64,000 nucleotides of DNA from a virus (IMGVR_UViG_3300011115_000934:97983-161982), one strand, 5' to 3'; positions 48,047 to 57,381 are shown, counted from the stretch's first letter. Translations and numbers: made by a program. The notes: a model not told the origin generated them from the letters alone.

Positions 48047-48355
48047 ATGGAGAAGAAACTTTTTATCGAAAGCATAGTCCTTTTGAAAGAGATAGAAGAT
48101 CGAAGAGACTTTATGGAGGAGGAGATAGGAATGGATATGTCTATATACGAAGACAAGTTCCTACAGATAATAGAAAATCTATTTAAAGTTCACTTCAACA
48201 AAGAGCAGTTTGCTTTGATACAATATTACCTATACAAAGTTCCAACAATAGAGGACTGGGATGGAATGATAGATCTTTCAGATGGAAAGGACATGATCAC
48301 AGTTAAGTTTGAGACACCAGACCAAGTTTGGACTGTAATTAATAGCTTAAAATAA
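48047..48355 (+). CDS. hypothetical protein
   Basis: First in-frame ATG after the upstream stop (ORF-track 47936 overlaps the previous gene). Confidence 0.4.
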   Translation: MEKKLFIESIVLLKEIEDRRDFMEEEIGMDMSIYEDKFLQIIENLFKVHFNKEQFALIQYYLYKVPTIEDWDGMIDLSDGKDMITVKFETPDQVWTVINSLK

Positions 48356-48367
48356 ATAATAAAAAAG

Positions 48368-48398
48368 TTGCATACTACGAATGTTGTTCGTATATTTG
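48368..48398 (+). promoter_or_regulatory. sigma-A-type promoter TTG-N20-TATATTTG
   Basis: Perfect TAnnTTTG at 48391-48398. Confidence 0.45.
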
Positions 48399-48426
48399 CG
48401 TATAGAAATTTTAAAACAAAAGGGTT

Positions 48427-48840
48427 ATGAGTTTAGAACAGATTAAATGTACAAGGTGTAAGAACGATATGCCTAAATTGAGATTGGATAAATATGGATA
48501 CGACTTCTGTGTATCATGTTCAGATGTAAAACCTAAAGTAGGTAGAGTAAGAGTAATCGGAGAAGGAGATTACACAGTTACTGAATTAGACATCTTAGAT
48601 CAGGACACAGCTAAAAGACTCCAGGAGTTAGAAAATACCTCAAGAGGAGTACGAAATGTTCCATTAGAGATCCTAAACTTTGATGAGGATGAATTATCTG
48701 ACGACAGTAGAGCAATTGTAGAAGCTACTGACAAAGCGTTAGAGGGAGAACTAGAAGTGGATGAGGATGATGAGTTATTAGATTTGGAAGACATTGATGA
48801 TGCAGAAGGATTAGAACTTGAAGACGAAGACGACGAGTAG
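48427..48840 (+). CDS. C4 zinc-finger protein with poly-acidic C-terminal tail
   Basis: CTRCKND...CVSC; last 40 aa about 60% D/E. Confidence 0.5.
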   Translation: MSLEQIKCTRCKNDMPKLRLDKYGYDFCVSCSDVKPKVGRVRVIGEGDYTVTELDILDQDTAKRLQELENTSRGVRNVPLEILNFDEDELSDDSRAIVEATDKALEGELEVDEDDELLDLEDIDDAEGLELEDEDDE

Positions 48841-49497
48841 ATGCCAGTAAGTAAATTTTTATCTAAAGAAGATATTTTAAGAGCCATGCAGAACACCAAG
48901 AGTAATCATGGTGCTGCAAGGTTTCTTAGGTGCTCTTTAAACCACTACAAGAAATATGCAACAGTCTATGTGGATGAGGCAACAGGCCTAACCCTAAACG
49001 ACCTACATAAGAATCCTTCAGGCAAAGGTATTCCCAAATTCCTATCCAACAAAGGAAGGAAAGCTCCACTCAAAGAATTAATAGCAGGTACTCTTTCCAT
49101 TGAAAGTTTTGAACCAGCCAAGATCAAACAAAGATTAGTATTTGAAGGATACCTAAAGGAGGAGTGTAGCAGATGTGGCTTTCACGAAGAACGATTAGCA
49201 GATCAAAAGATTCCATTAATACTACAATTCAAGGATCGAAACAAAAAGAACTACGAGCTAGAAAATATTGAGCTGATGTGCTACAATTGTTCGTACCTAT
49301 ATGCAATCTCTCCAATATCTGAGAAGCAAGTAATCAAAATGGAAGACTACGTTGAGAAGCAAGGAGGAGATGTTTCTTGGGATGTAGATGATGCAATGAA
49401 GGAGCATTTACAATCCTTAGGATTATGGAAAGAAGAGTTTGATCCTACTGATGGAACAAACTACATCTCAGAGAACTACAAGCGAAATGAAGAATAA
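48841..49497 (+). CDS. HNH-like endonuclease candidate
   Basis: CSRCGFHE...N..N...CYNCS arrangement resembles an HNH/zinc core; weak. Confidence 0.35.
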   Translation: MPVSKFLSKEDILRAMQNTKSNHGAARFLRCSLNHYKKYATVYVDEATGLTLNDLHKNPSGKGIPKFLSNKGRKAPLKELIAGTLSIESFEPAKIKQRLVFEGYLKEECSRCGFHEERLADQKIPLILQFKDRNKKNYELENIELMCYNCSYLYAISPISEKQVIKMEDYVEKQGGDVSWDVDDAMKEHLQSLGLWKEEFDPTDGTNYISENYKRNEE

Positions 49498-49615
49498 GAC
49501 TAAACCTTCCAGACAACAAAGTGTAGCCAACAAACTTGTTAAGCAATCTGAGCAGAATGAAAAGCTAAGAGAGAAAACAATTACTAATTCTTTTTGGAAA
49601 TTATTTAAAAAATAG

Positions 49616-49646
49616 TTGCTAGAACGAAAGTTTATCCGTATCTTTA
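49616..49646 (+). promoter_or_regulatory. promoter TTG-N20-TATCTTTA; start codon only 4 nt downstream (leaderless?)
   Basis: TTG 49616-49618, -7 element 49639-49646, ATG 49650. Confidence 0.4.
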
Positions 49647-49649
49647 GGT

Positions 49650-49964
49650 ATGGAAAAAACAGGAGCAACAGTAAAGAAGCTACATGACTTCAGTACCTCA
49701 GGAGTATTAGAGGTGTGCATCAAAGGAACTTGGTATAGGACTACTTGCAATGACTTTAGATCATTTGATGGCAGTAGAAGAATAACTGAGCCAATCAAGC
49801 AACCAGGAATAGGAGACAGGTTTGAGGATATTGTATTCCATACCTACGAATACAATGGTCCTGTATATGTTCTGCAGACAAACCTAGAAGTAATTAGATT
49901 GGATACAGAAACTATTGTAACTAGTCCAAAATTTCCTACATATAAAAAAATCATTAGTAAATAG
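49650..49964 (+). CDS. hypothetical protein
   Basis: 104-aa ORF. Confidence 0.45.
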   Translation: MEKTGATVKKLHDFSTSGVLEVCIKGTWYRTTCNDFRSFDGSRRITEPIKQPGIGDRFEDIVFHTYEYNGPVYVLQTNLEVIRLDTETIVTSPKFPTYKKIISK

Positions 49965-49973
49965 TAATCGCAT

Positions 49974-50270
49974 ATGAAAAAATTAGTTTTTGAATCCACA
50001 GATCAATTCTCAGAATTCTTTAAAGGAAAGAGTCCAGAGCTCACAAATGCAATAGTGGAGTCTATTCGAGATGCATTTATGTTTCACAAGAAGACAGCCA
50101 ATCTATTTGAAATTACATTTGATGCTAGTGATTCAGTATTTGAAATCTCACTATCACACAAAGAGTGGATAGTAGCTTTAGAGAATTGCTTGAAGCATTA
50201 CGAAGAGTGGGAGATGGGAGACGACGCAATAGACACATTTTTATTAATCAAAGAGATCAGATCATGGTAA
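49974..50270 (+). CDS. hypothetical protein
   Basis: 98-aa ORF. Confidence 0.45.
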   Translation: MKKLVFESTDQFSEFFKGKSPELTNAIVESIRDAFMFHKKTANLFEITFDASDSVFEISLSHKEWIVALENCLKHYEEWEMGDDAIDTFLLIKEIRSW

Positions 50271-50524
50271 AACAGCAACAACCTTACATTAAGACATTTG
50301 TATGTGATGTCACAGGAATTAAGACTACGTACACCTACAACGGCAGTAGTATTGTTAATGGAATAATCAAAGCAGAGTTTGATTACCCTCCAGGATACCT
50401 AGAAGCCTTCAACAAGAAAGAGAAACGTCAGGATAACTTACCTAAGACCAAGAGGTTATATCTTAATCCTGTAACAGGGAATGAAGTATCCTATGCTAGA
50501 GCAAAAGCTTTAAAAATAATTTAA
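50264..50524 (+). CDS. hypothetical protein
   Basis: ATGGTAA overlap start; ORF-track start 50165 lies inside the previous gene. Confidence 0.4.
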   Translation: MVKQQQPYIKTFVCDVTGIKTTYTYNGSSIVNGIIKAEFDYPPGYLEAFNKKEKRQDNLPKTKRLYLNPVTGNEVSYARAKALKII

Positions 50525-50542
50525 AAATAATTGCAAAAAAAG

Positions 50543-50573
50543 TTGCTAGAAAGGAACTTTAGGAGTATCTTTA
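50543..50573 (+). promoter_or_regulatory. promoter TTG-N20-TATCTTTA
   Basis: TTG 50543-50545, -7 element 50566-50573. Confidence 0.45.
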
Positions 50574-50602
50574 GGTATATTAATCAATTAAAACAATCAG
50601 TT

Positions 50603-51433
50603 ATGTTATCAAAATTTTCTACAGGTCTGGATTCTTACCTTACAAAAGAACAAATCAAAGAAGTAGCTCCAGTTGTATTTGCTACAGAACCTACTAACAA
50701 AAATGTTAGTGAAAAGTATCTTCATGTTAATACTGAAACAGTTATCGATGACTTAGCAAAGTTAGGATGGCTTCCAGTAACTGCAATGCAGAGAAGAACT
50801 AAACCAAGAAAGGATGGAACTCCTACCATAAGATCCAAACACATGGTATCATTTCAGAATCCTGATCTTATCATTAAAGGTAAGAATGGAGATGATGCTT
50901 TCCCAAGAATCATTGTAACAAACTCTCACGATGGATTAAGTTCATTCCAGTTTAGAGTTGGGATCTACAGATTAGTTTGTTCTAATGGATTAGTAGTTGC
51001 TGATGAGGAATTCTCAGCATTCAGTATCAAACACAAAGGATATACTTTTGAGGAATTACAAACAGTAGTAGCTTCTGCAGTTGCGGATCTTCCAAATAAG
51101 ATTGAGGTTCTAAACAAAATGCAAGTTAGAATGCTTACTGCTGAGGAGCAAAGACAATTAGCAATCGACGCTATGGCTTTGAGATCTACCAATCCTGATG
51201 CTAAGTACGATGAGGCTTCAATTGAAGAAGTACTTACTGCAACTAGAAAAGAGGATGAAGGAGACAGTTTGTGGTTAGTATTCAACAGAGTACAAGAGTC
51301 AATCATCAACGGAGGATACTCAGCAGCCTTAAGAGGAGCTAAAGTAAGAAAGGTTAAGAAGATCAAAAGCTTTGAAAGAGATCTTCAAGTGAACCAAGAC
51401 CTATTCAAATTAGCAACAGCATTTATCAACTAA
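50603..51433 (+). CDS. hypothetical protein (possibly DUF932-like)
   Basis: 276 aa from the ATG behind the promoter. Confidence 0.45.
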   Translation: MLSKFSTGLDSYLTKEQIKEVAPVVFATEPTNKNVSEKYLHVNTETVIDDLAKLGWLPVTAMQRRTKPRKDGTPTIRSKHMVSFQNPDLIIKGKNGDDAFPRIIVTNSHDGLSSFQFRVGIYRLVCSNGLVVADEEFSAFSIKHKGYTFEELQTVVASAVADLPNKIEVLNKMQVRMLTAEEQRQLAIDAMALRSTNPDAKYDEASIEEVLTATRKEDEGDSLWLVFNRVQESIINGGYSAALRGAKVRKVKKIKSFERDLQVNQDLFKLATAFIN

Positions 51434-51672
51434 TGGATAGAGAAAAGTATATACAAATGAGAAAATCAGGCCAGTATGATCTGGCCTGGTTCTACGAATT
51501 CTATGTTCAAGAAAAGAACAAGGAGTGGCCAACATATGACTTCAATACTTTTCAACAATCATTCAACATGTACTTTCAATTCTGTGGGAAGCAGATACTA
51601 GAGTACATGGATAAGAAAATGGAAGTAACAAAAATAGAGAACGCAGAAGGAAATTTAATTTACATAAACTAA
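51433..51672 (+). CDS. hypothetical protein
   Basis: 79 aa. Confidence 0.45.
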   Translation: MDREKYIQMRKSGQYDLAWFYEFYVQEKNKEWPTYDFNTFQQSFNMYFQFCGKQILEYMDKKMEVTKIENAEGNLIYIN

Positions 51673-51674
51673 AC

Positions 51675-51914
51675 ATGGACGGAAAAGTAAAAACACCAAA
51701 AGAATTAATGGCAGACTTGAATGGTAATTTTATTCAAGTAATCAAGAAGAATGGAAAGACTCACGATAAACTATATAAAGATCCCCAGAGAGCAATCAGA
51801 GGAGTAGGAGGAGTAGAGTATGTAAAGTATCTAAGGGAAGTTCTTAAGGAGCAAGTAAATGCAAAATACGTAGAAGAAGATTCATTAACAGGAACACCAG
51901 AGAACGAACTATAA
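51675..51914 (+). CDS. hypothetical protein
   Basis: 79 aa. Confidence 0.45.
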   Translation: MDGKVKTPKELMADLNGNFIQVIKKNGKTHDKLYKDPQRAIRGVGGVEYVKYLREVLKEQVNAKYVEEDSLTGTPENEL

Positions 51915-52117
51915 TGGTAGAAAAAGTAGGATTAGCAATAGTAGCAGCTCTAGGAGTTGCACTAGTAACAGCAGTATTGCTGGCATGGCCAACACAATGG
52001 CTTTGGAACAATGCTCTAGTTGGAGCAGTAGAAGGAATCAATCCAATAGGATTTTGGCAAGCATTAGGGATTACATTCCTTTGTAATGTATTATTCAAAT
52101 CAACATCAAGCAAATAA
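51914..52117 (+). CDS. membrane protein
   Basis: 2 TM. Confidence 0.45.
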   Translation: MVEKVGLAIVAALGVALVTAVLLAWPTQWLWNNALVGAVEGINPIGFWQALGITFLCNVLFKSTSSK

Positions 52118-52118
52118 G

Positions 52119-52361
52119 ATGAAGACAAAAACAATTTTAAAGACAATTGGATTTTTTATAGGATGGTTACTATCCTTCCAATTAATAGGTGTGGGAACAT
52201 ATCTAATGAACAAACCAAGTAGTGTAGCATTTACAGCTGGAGTAATATTTTTTATTTTAAATGCAGGGGCTATCTTTGGATGTGCCTACAAATTCTCACA
52301 GGCTGCAGCACAGTTGGTTACAGAGTACATAGAGAGTAGAGAAGTTAAACAAGATAAATAA
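52119..52361 (+). CDS. membrane protein
   Basis: 2 TM; start at the ATG right after the previous stop. Confidence 0.45.
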   Translation: MKTKTILKTIGFFIGWLLSFQLIGVGTYLMNKPSSVAFTAGVIFFILNAGAIFGCAYKFSQAAAQLVTEYIESREVKQDK

Positions 52362-52369
52362 GAATAGTT

Positions 52370-52735
52370 ATGGGAGTATTTTTAACAATATTAACAATAG
52401 CAGCGCTTATAGTACTGATAATAGCACATATATTCTTCTTAGTTGAGAATGAAGGTATGTTAAATGATCAAATAGTAAAAGACTACTTAGACAAACTAGG
52501 AGACCAGTACTCAGTGTATACTTCAGAACATAGCCAGAGCATAGATCCTAAATATTCAGCGAATGTAAAAAAAAGCATTGAAAGATCTCCTGCAGTATTT
52601 AGATTTCTTTTTCCATACTACATGGAGTATGTAGGGATAATTCCAGTCTGGAGTAAGTCAAAGTCAAGGATTGATGCAATGTTTGCTACAGGAATAAAAA
52701 GAAATTTTAAGAGAGAAAAATTAGGATTAGAATAA
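52370..52735 (+). CDS. membrane protein (N-terminal TM)
   Basis: 121 aa. Confidence 0.45.
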   Translation: MGVFLTILTIAALIVLIIAHIFFLVENEGMLNDQIVKDYLDKLGDQYSVYTSEHSQSIDPKYSANVKKSIERSPAVFRFLFPYYMEYVGIIPVWSKSKSRIDAMFATGIKRNFKREKLGLE

Positions 52736-52793
52736 AAGATTTCGTATATTAATAAAAATAAAAGTAAACAATTAAATTTAAACAAAAGAAGTT

Positions 52794-53651
52794 ATGAACA
52801 GAATTTTAGTAGCAGTAGCAGTTTTAGTAGTAGTATTAGGATTAGCAGGATCATGTAAGATTGCCGATTCGGCAGAAGTAGCATTAGTAGTAGATCAGAT
52901 TGGAACCAATAAAGGAGTTCCCAACATTGAAATGGCATCAGGATTTATTTTCTACTTCCCGCCAACACAGGATGTATTTATGTACCCAACATCAGTACAA
53001 CATAAGGTGTGGACAGCAGATTCAAATGAAGACTCACCAACAGATGAGCATATTGATGTAACGTCGGCAGATGGAGCGACATTTGGATTAGATGTATCTA
53101 TCAACTTGCAATTGCAGAGAGCAAGAGCAGCTGAGTTATTTATTAAGTACAGAGTTGATATGGAAGATTTAATTAATTCAAGAGTAAGAACTATAGTTAG
53201 AAAAGAATTATTAGATAATGCAGTTAACTTCGCTTCAGATAGTTTATTGCAACATAGAAACATATATGAAGGTAATGTAACAAAATCTTTAACAGCTTCT
53301 TTAGAGAAGGAAGGATTCACTCTTAATAACATTGCTATATTAAAAATGCAATTGCCTAAATCATACAAAGCAGCTATTGAAAGAAAGATTGCAGTACTAC
53401 AAGAGACAGCAACTATTATCTCTCAAACAAAGCAAGCAGAGCAGACAGCATTAAAGAAAGTGGCATTGGCTAAAGGTAATTATGAAGCAGCACAGTATGA
53501 TGCTAAGACAAAAGAAATCCTATCTCAGCCTAAATTACTTGAATTGTATAAAGCAGAGACAGCACGTATTAGAGCAACAAATGGTACATCAGAGTACGGA
53601 TCTAACAACGTCTTTGGTTCAGCATCAGGAATACTTTTAAATAGAAACTAA
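52794..53651 (+). CDS. SPFH/band-7 (stomatin/HflKC-like) lipoprotein
   Basis: Lipoprotein-type signal LGLAGSC followed by an SPFH-like domain with an A/Q/K-rich coiled C-terminus. Confidence 0.55.
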   Translation: MNRILVAVAVLVVVLGLAGSCKIADSAEVALVVDQIGTNKGVPNIEMASGFIFYFPPTQDVFMYPTSVQHKVWTADSNEDSPTDEHIDVTSADGATFGLDVSINLQLQRARAAELFIKYRVDMEDLINSRVRTIVRKELLDNAVNFASDSLLQHRNIYEGNVTKSLTASLEKEGFTLNNIAILKMQLPKSYKAAIERKIAVLQETATIISQTKQAEQTALKKVALAKGNYEAAQYDAKTKEILSQPKLLELYKAETARIRATNGTSEYGSNNVFGSASGILLNRN

Positions 53652-53673
53652 AATATATTAAAAATAAATACAA

Positions 53674-53702
53674 AAAGAGTTGCTTCGGTGACTCTTTTTT
53701 TG
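53674..53702 (+). terminator. terminator AGAGT..TTCG..ACTCT + T7
   Basis: Hairpin + T-run; the next promoter is TTG 53680 / TATCTTTA 53703-53710. Confidence 0.5.
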
Positions 53703-53734
53703 TATCTTTAATTATAATTAAAAACATAAAGGTT

Positions 53735-53842
53735 ATGATACAAGCAATAGTAGGAACAATAGCAGGAGGATGCGTTGTAGGAGGATTCGTAATAGGAATA
53801 GTATTAATTTTTGAAAATGTAGCAAAGAGGCCAAGGCGCTAA
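53735..53842 (+). CDS. 35-aa hydrophobic micro-protein
   Basis: G/V/I-rich single TM helix with KRPRR tail; promoter-driven; below ORF cutoff. Confidence 0.3.
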   Translation: MIQAIVGTIAGGCVVGGFVIGIVLIFENVAKRPRR

Positions 53843-53853
53843 CTCAAGCCGTG

Positions 53854-53869
53854 ACGCGCAAATTTTAAC
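53854..53869 (+). promoter_or_regulatory. ACGCGCAAATTTTAAC element (copy 2 of 2)
   Basis: Identical 16-mer to 23824-23839. Confidence 0.35.
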
Positions 53870-53886
53870 AATCTAACAAACATTAC

Positions 53887-54447
53887 ATGAACGATTCAAA
53901 CTTTAAACCTAACTTAACTCCAAGTCAAATGCTAAAAAAAGGCATCTTTGGAGGATCTTATTTCGGAATACAAAAGCTACAAGGTGATATGTACTATGGT
54001 GAATTGTTCGAATCATTTGTAGATGTGGACAAAAGTTTGTACATGGGAGACAAGTACCAGCCAAAAAGTAATAAGTTTAAGATAAAAAGTGGAAAGGACT
54101 ACCAATTTTGGAAGGATATGAATTGGATGCATGAGGATGATCCATACGGATGGTTTGAATGGTATTGTAAATACTACATGGGTAGAAGACATTCAGATGA
54201 TCAAAGACAGATACAGAGATGGTTGGACTTTTGCGGACCTAAAGGAAGATGGAGACAAAGGATCTACGGAATGATTGATAGTACAGGTAATTGGGATGTA
54301 AGTCCTAGAATACAGCAAAGCCTTCTTCATTGGGGATATCAGGTCAATGAGAATGATTACTATGCTTGGAGTGAACAAAAACAATACTCAGAGGATCAGT
54401 GGTGTCATTACGCAGGACTTCCCTCACCTAAGGCATACCAATATTAA
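53887..54447 (+). CDS. hypothetical W/Y-rich protein
   Basis: 186 aa. Confidence 0.5.
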   Translation: MNDSNFKPNLTPSQMLKKGIFGGSYFGIQKLQGDMYYGELFESFVDVDKSLYMGDKYQPKSNKFKIKSGKDYQFWKDMNWMHEDDPYGWFEWYCKYYMGRRHSDDQRQIQRWLDFCGPKGRWRQRIYGMIDSTGNWDVSPRIQQSLLHWGYQVNENDYYAWSEQKQYSEDQWCHYAGLPSPKAYQY

Positions 54448-54591
54448 AGTAAACACATATGAAAGTTATATACATGCAACAAACCCTACATCTAATGTCC
54501 AACGGAAGTGCTAAGGAGACAGAGATTTTAATAAGCTCAGGACAAGTTAAACAAACTAACGATGGAATTAATTACCTACTAACAATTATAG

Positions 54592-54780
54592 ATGATGGAG
54601 ATAGTATTGTACAGTAAGAGGTATAAGGGAATGAAACAAACATTCAACTCTAGAAAAGGAAGTGGAACTACAATTGAGGGAATAGCCGTACAGGAAGTAC
54701 CGGAACTAGATGTAGTAATTCTCAGAGATAGGGAGAACTTCTCCCACGCAGTGAGCATCAATTCAATTAAAGAAGTATAG
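54592..54780 (+). CDS. hypothetical protein
   Basis: 62 aa. Confidence 0.4.
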   Translation: MMEIVLYSKRYKGMKQTFNSRKGSGTTIEGIAVQEVPELDVVILRDRENFSHAVSINSIKEV

Positions 54781-54783
54781 TAT

Positions 54784-54975
54784 ATGAAAAAGTTATATTA
54801 CAGGTTATGTGAATGGATAGGATACCTAATGATTGTCCAACACAATTATGATCCGCACACATTTGAATATACAAAATACAATCGTATAATACTATTCAAG
54901 TTCATAGGAAAAAGAGATGATACAGGATTCAGAAAGATAAAAGAAATATTTCAAATACAACTAAAAAGGAAATGA
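54784..54975 (+). CDS. hypothetical protein
   Basis: 63 aa. Confidence 0.4.
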   Translation: MKKLYYRLCEWIGYLMIVQHNYDPHTFEYTKYNRIILFKFIGKRDDTGFRKIKEIFQIQLKRK

Positions 54976-55199
54976 GTGATCAACCGGTAATGCATAAAGC
55001 ATCATTTGAATTTTACCAAGAAGGTAATGGAGATGGAACAACAGACGAGACAGAAGAGATCAGAATTGAATGTATGGGCATAGGAGATCTTAAAGAAGGA
55101 TGTTACTATGTGATAAGAACACAAACAGGATGGTCAGTAGATAGTCCACAGGAGATAGAACAATTACTTGAAAGAGTAGATAAAATGATGAAGGTATGA
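54972..55199 (+). CDS. hypothetical protein
   Basis: 75 aa. Confidence 0.45.
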   Translation: MSDQPVMHKASFEFYQEGNGDGTTDETEEIRIECMGIGDLKEGCYYVIRTQTGWSVDSPQEIEQLLERVDKMMKV

Positions 55200-55333
55200 A
55201 GCTAACACAAAAAGCAGCAAACATTCTAGAGATGTTAAGCAATAGAAAAGGATTTGGAGATGTAATAGATAATCTTGATGAGGATATCATAGAAGAAATT
55301 ATAGAAGAAATTGTAGACATAATCAAACAATAA
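55196..55333 (+). CDS. 45-aa acidic micro-protein
   Basis: ATGA overlap with the upstream gene; DEDIIEEIIEEIVD tail. Confidence 0.3.
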   Translation: MKLTQKAANILEMLSNRKGFGDVIDNLDEDIIEEIIEEIVDIIKQ

Positions 55334-55336
55334 ACC

Positions 55337-55594
55337 ATGACAGTAAAAGAACTAATTCAAAGTCTAAGTAAGATAGAAGACCAAGACATAAGAGTAATGG
55401 TAAGAGGATATGAAAGAGGAGTAAATAATATAGAAGATATAATTCCAGCAATTGAAAATATAGCGTTAGATGTAAATGATGAATGGTATTACGGAAGACA
55501 TGAAGTACAAAACTTTGATCATGAGTATAGAGATAAACAAATAGTACAAGCAATAATACTAACAGGACACAATGCAAGTATGGGGAGTAAATAA
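55337..55594 (+). CDS. hypothetical protein
   Basis: 85 aa. Confidence 0.45.
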   Translation: MTVKELIQSLSKIEDQDIRVMVRGYERGVNNIEDIIPAIENIALDVNDEWYYGRHEVQNFDHEYRDKQIVQAIILTGHNASMGSK

Positions 55595-55763
55595 ACTAAA
55601 GGATCCAAATTCAAATCATATCCTAAGGAAGGTTATAAAGAGAAGAGAACAATTACTTACTAGGGAACAAACTCCTAAGGTAATCAAAGAGCTTAAATAC
55701 CTAGACAAAAGGATGGAGATAGGGGAGATGCTATTGGAAAGATGGTATGAAAACCATTTGTAA
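55572..55763 (+). CDS. hypothetical protein
   Basis: 63 aa; its 3' end runs into iteron array A. Confidence 0.4.
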   Translation: MQVWGVNKLKDPNSNHILRKVIKRREQLLTREQTPKVIKELKYLDKRMEIGEMLLERWYENHL

Positions 55764-55835
55764 AACCGATCACAAAACCGTCTACCAAACCGTTTCGCTA
55801 ACCGTTTATATAACCAATTAGCCAACCAATCCTAT
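55750..55835 (+). repeat. iteron array A: 7 x 12-bp-phased (A)AACC(G/A)(T/A)T units
   Basis: CC(G/A) trinucleotides at 55754, 55766, 55778, 55790, 55802, 55814, 55826, i.e. exact 12-bp phase. Confidence 0.7.
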
Positions 55836-56095
55836 AACACATAATAAGGGAGTAGAAACGGGGATAATTGCTGAGAAACATATGTGAATACGTAAGGAGA
55901 TCTGAGAATGGAACGTTTGTCAAACTGATTGCAAGTATATAAAGTACATAGTACTAGGTAATACATAATACTATATATGATATGGTAATGCGTATAAAAG
56001 AGAGGGAAGAGGGTCAAATAAAATTAGTAATTAACTGTCACGTGTTCACCTCTATAACAAATTGCTATATAGAAGATGTTTTCCTCCTTTAGAAC
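55836..56095. other. AT-rich ORF-poor core between the two iteron arrays
   Basis: About 260 bp, highly AT-rich, no convincing ORF. Confidence 0.4.
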
Positions 56096-56265
56096 CGTTT
56101 ATAAACACCTAGAAAACCGTTTGGAAAAGCGATTGGCAAACCGATCACAGAACCGATTAGGGAACCGTTTGGCAAACCGACTAGCAAACCGTTTGGGGAA
56201 CCGTCTAGTAAACCGATCCTAAAACCGATTTGGCTAACCGATTCGCAATAGAAAACCGTTTTGGT
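56096..56265 (+). repeat. iteron array B: 11 perfectly phased + 3 flanking 12-bp units, consensus GnAAACCGaTTn
   Basis: CCG (once GCG) at 56118, 56130, 56142, 56154, 56166, 56178, 56190, 56202, 56214, 56226, 56239, plus 56096 and 56257; same orientation as array A. Confidence 0.75.
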
Positions 56266-56329
56266 TACGAATATAATAACTGACCCCTATAGCAAAAGTA
56301 AAAAACATTGCGAATAATGTAAAAAAGTG

Positions 56330-56360
56330 TTGCCTGGCAAGCAAAAAAAGAGTATCTTTA
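56330..56360 (+). promoter_or_regulatory. promoter TTG-N20-TATCTTTA
   Basis: TTG 56330-56332, -7 element 56353-56360. Confidence 0.45.
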
Positions 56361-56378
56361 GGGACTAAAGACAAACAT

Positions 56379-56594
56379 ATGACACGTACCCAGGATCTAA
56401 ACACAGTAATAGGAAAAGATTGTTCATGTAATCAGTCTCCTACCCTTAGGGCTAAATTAATCTCAGTAGGCAAACACAAAAGCCTTCTGGAGGTAACCGC
56501 AACTATGTATAGTAGAGCGCAGTGGAATAATATCTACGTAGGGAAAAAGTTTACCCTGGACAACACAATCGCTCACAATATGTATTTTTTCTAG
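56379..56594 (+). CDS. hypothetical protein
   Basis: 71-aa ORF behind a consensus promoter. Confidence 0.4.
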   Translation: MTRTQDLNTVIGKDCSCNQSPTLRAKLISVGKHKSLLEVTATMYSRAQWNNIYVGKKFTLDNTIAHNMYFF

Positions 56595-56703
56595 CCCTAT
56601 GAAAACAATTACCTTAACAATTCAAGAGAGGTGGGCCGCTTCCCAGCACAAGGTGCACAAAAGCAAAAAAACATACGATAGGAAAAATTTACCTAAAGTA
56701 ATA

Positions 56704-56769
56704 CTTTCAGTTAAATCATAGCTTTCAGTTAAAGTGTTGATGGAAGTGAAAGCATTCCTTTCAGTTAAA
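56704..56769 (+). repeat. 3 x CTTTCAGTTAAA direct repeats
   Basis: Copies at 56704, 56722, 56758 in an ORF-free region. Confidence 0.45.
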
Positions 56770-56949
56770 GCTTTGCTTTAAGTAACGAATGTGGAGCGCT
56801 CTCCGGTCTACTCTTCCGGATTGTCAGATCCAGGCCCCTGTCGCATCTCTGCTTTTTCAATACCTAAAGATACCCCTAAAGATCTTTATATGCAACAGTT
56901 TGATCAATTATTTTTGTTATTTTTTTTCATTCTAAATAACAGTTGACTG

Positions 56950-56980
56950 TTGACTTGTACGTTCTTTTATAGTATCTTTA
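56950..56980 (+). promoter_or_regulatory. promoter TTGAC(x2)-N20-TATCTTTA
   Basis: Tandem GTTGACT at 56942-56956; -7 element 56973-56980. Confidence 0.45.
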
Positions 56981-57007
56981 AGTATTAATAATTAAAACAA
57001 CAACATT

Positions 57008-57352
57008 ATGAAAAAATTTGTAGAAGTATTTGTAGGAAGTAGAGGATGTTTAGAAGAAGTTAAATTAGTAGAAACTTATTTTACTTTGAATGAGTATTAT
57101 GAGGATGTAGTAGAGAAGATTAAAGATGAAATGAAAGAAGATTGTGAAGATGAAGAGGATTTAGAATTTATGACTGAATTTGTAGGAGTTGAGGATTATG
57201 AAGGATTTAGTGTAGTAGGATTAAATGAAGAAGAAAGTTTAATTGTATTTGATTTTGATGTGAATAAAGAAGTTTGTGAAAAACTTTTAGAATTGTTTGA
57301 AAATGAAGATGAAGAAGGAATTATGAATATTATTGATAATTTAGATTATTAA
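57008..57352 (+). CDS. highly acidic small protein
   Basis: 114 aa, >35% D/E. Confidence 0.5.
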   Translation: MKKFVEVFVGSRGCLEEVKLVETYFTLNEYYEDVVEKIKDEMKEDCEDEEDLEFMTEFVGVEDYEGFSVVGLNEEESLIVFDFDVNKEVCEKLLELFENEDEEGIMNIIDNLDY

Positions 57353-57381
57353 TAATAATTTAAAAATAAACTGAAAAGTAG

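Noticed and set aside
55750-56265. CRISPR array interpretation of the 12-bp repeats
   Set aside because: The unit is 12 bp with no spacers; it is a tandem iteron, not repeat-spacer architecture; no cas genes are present.
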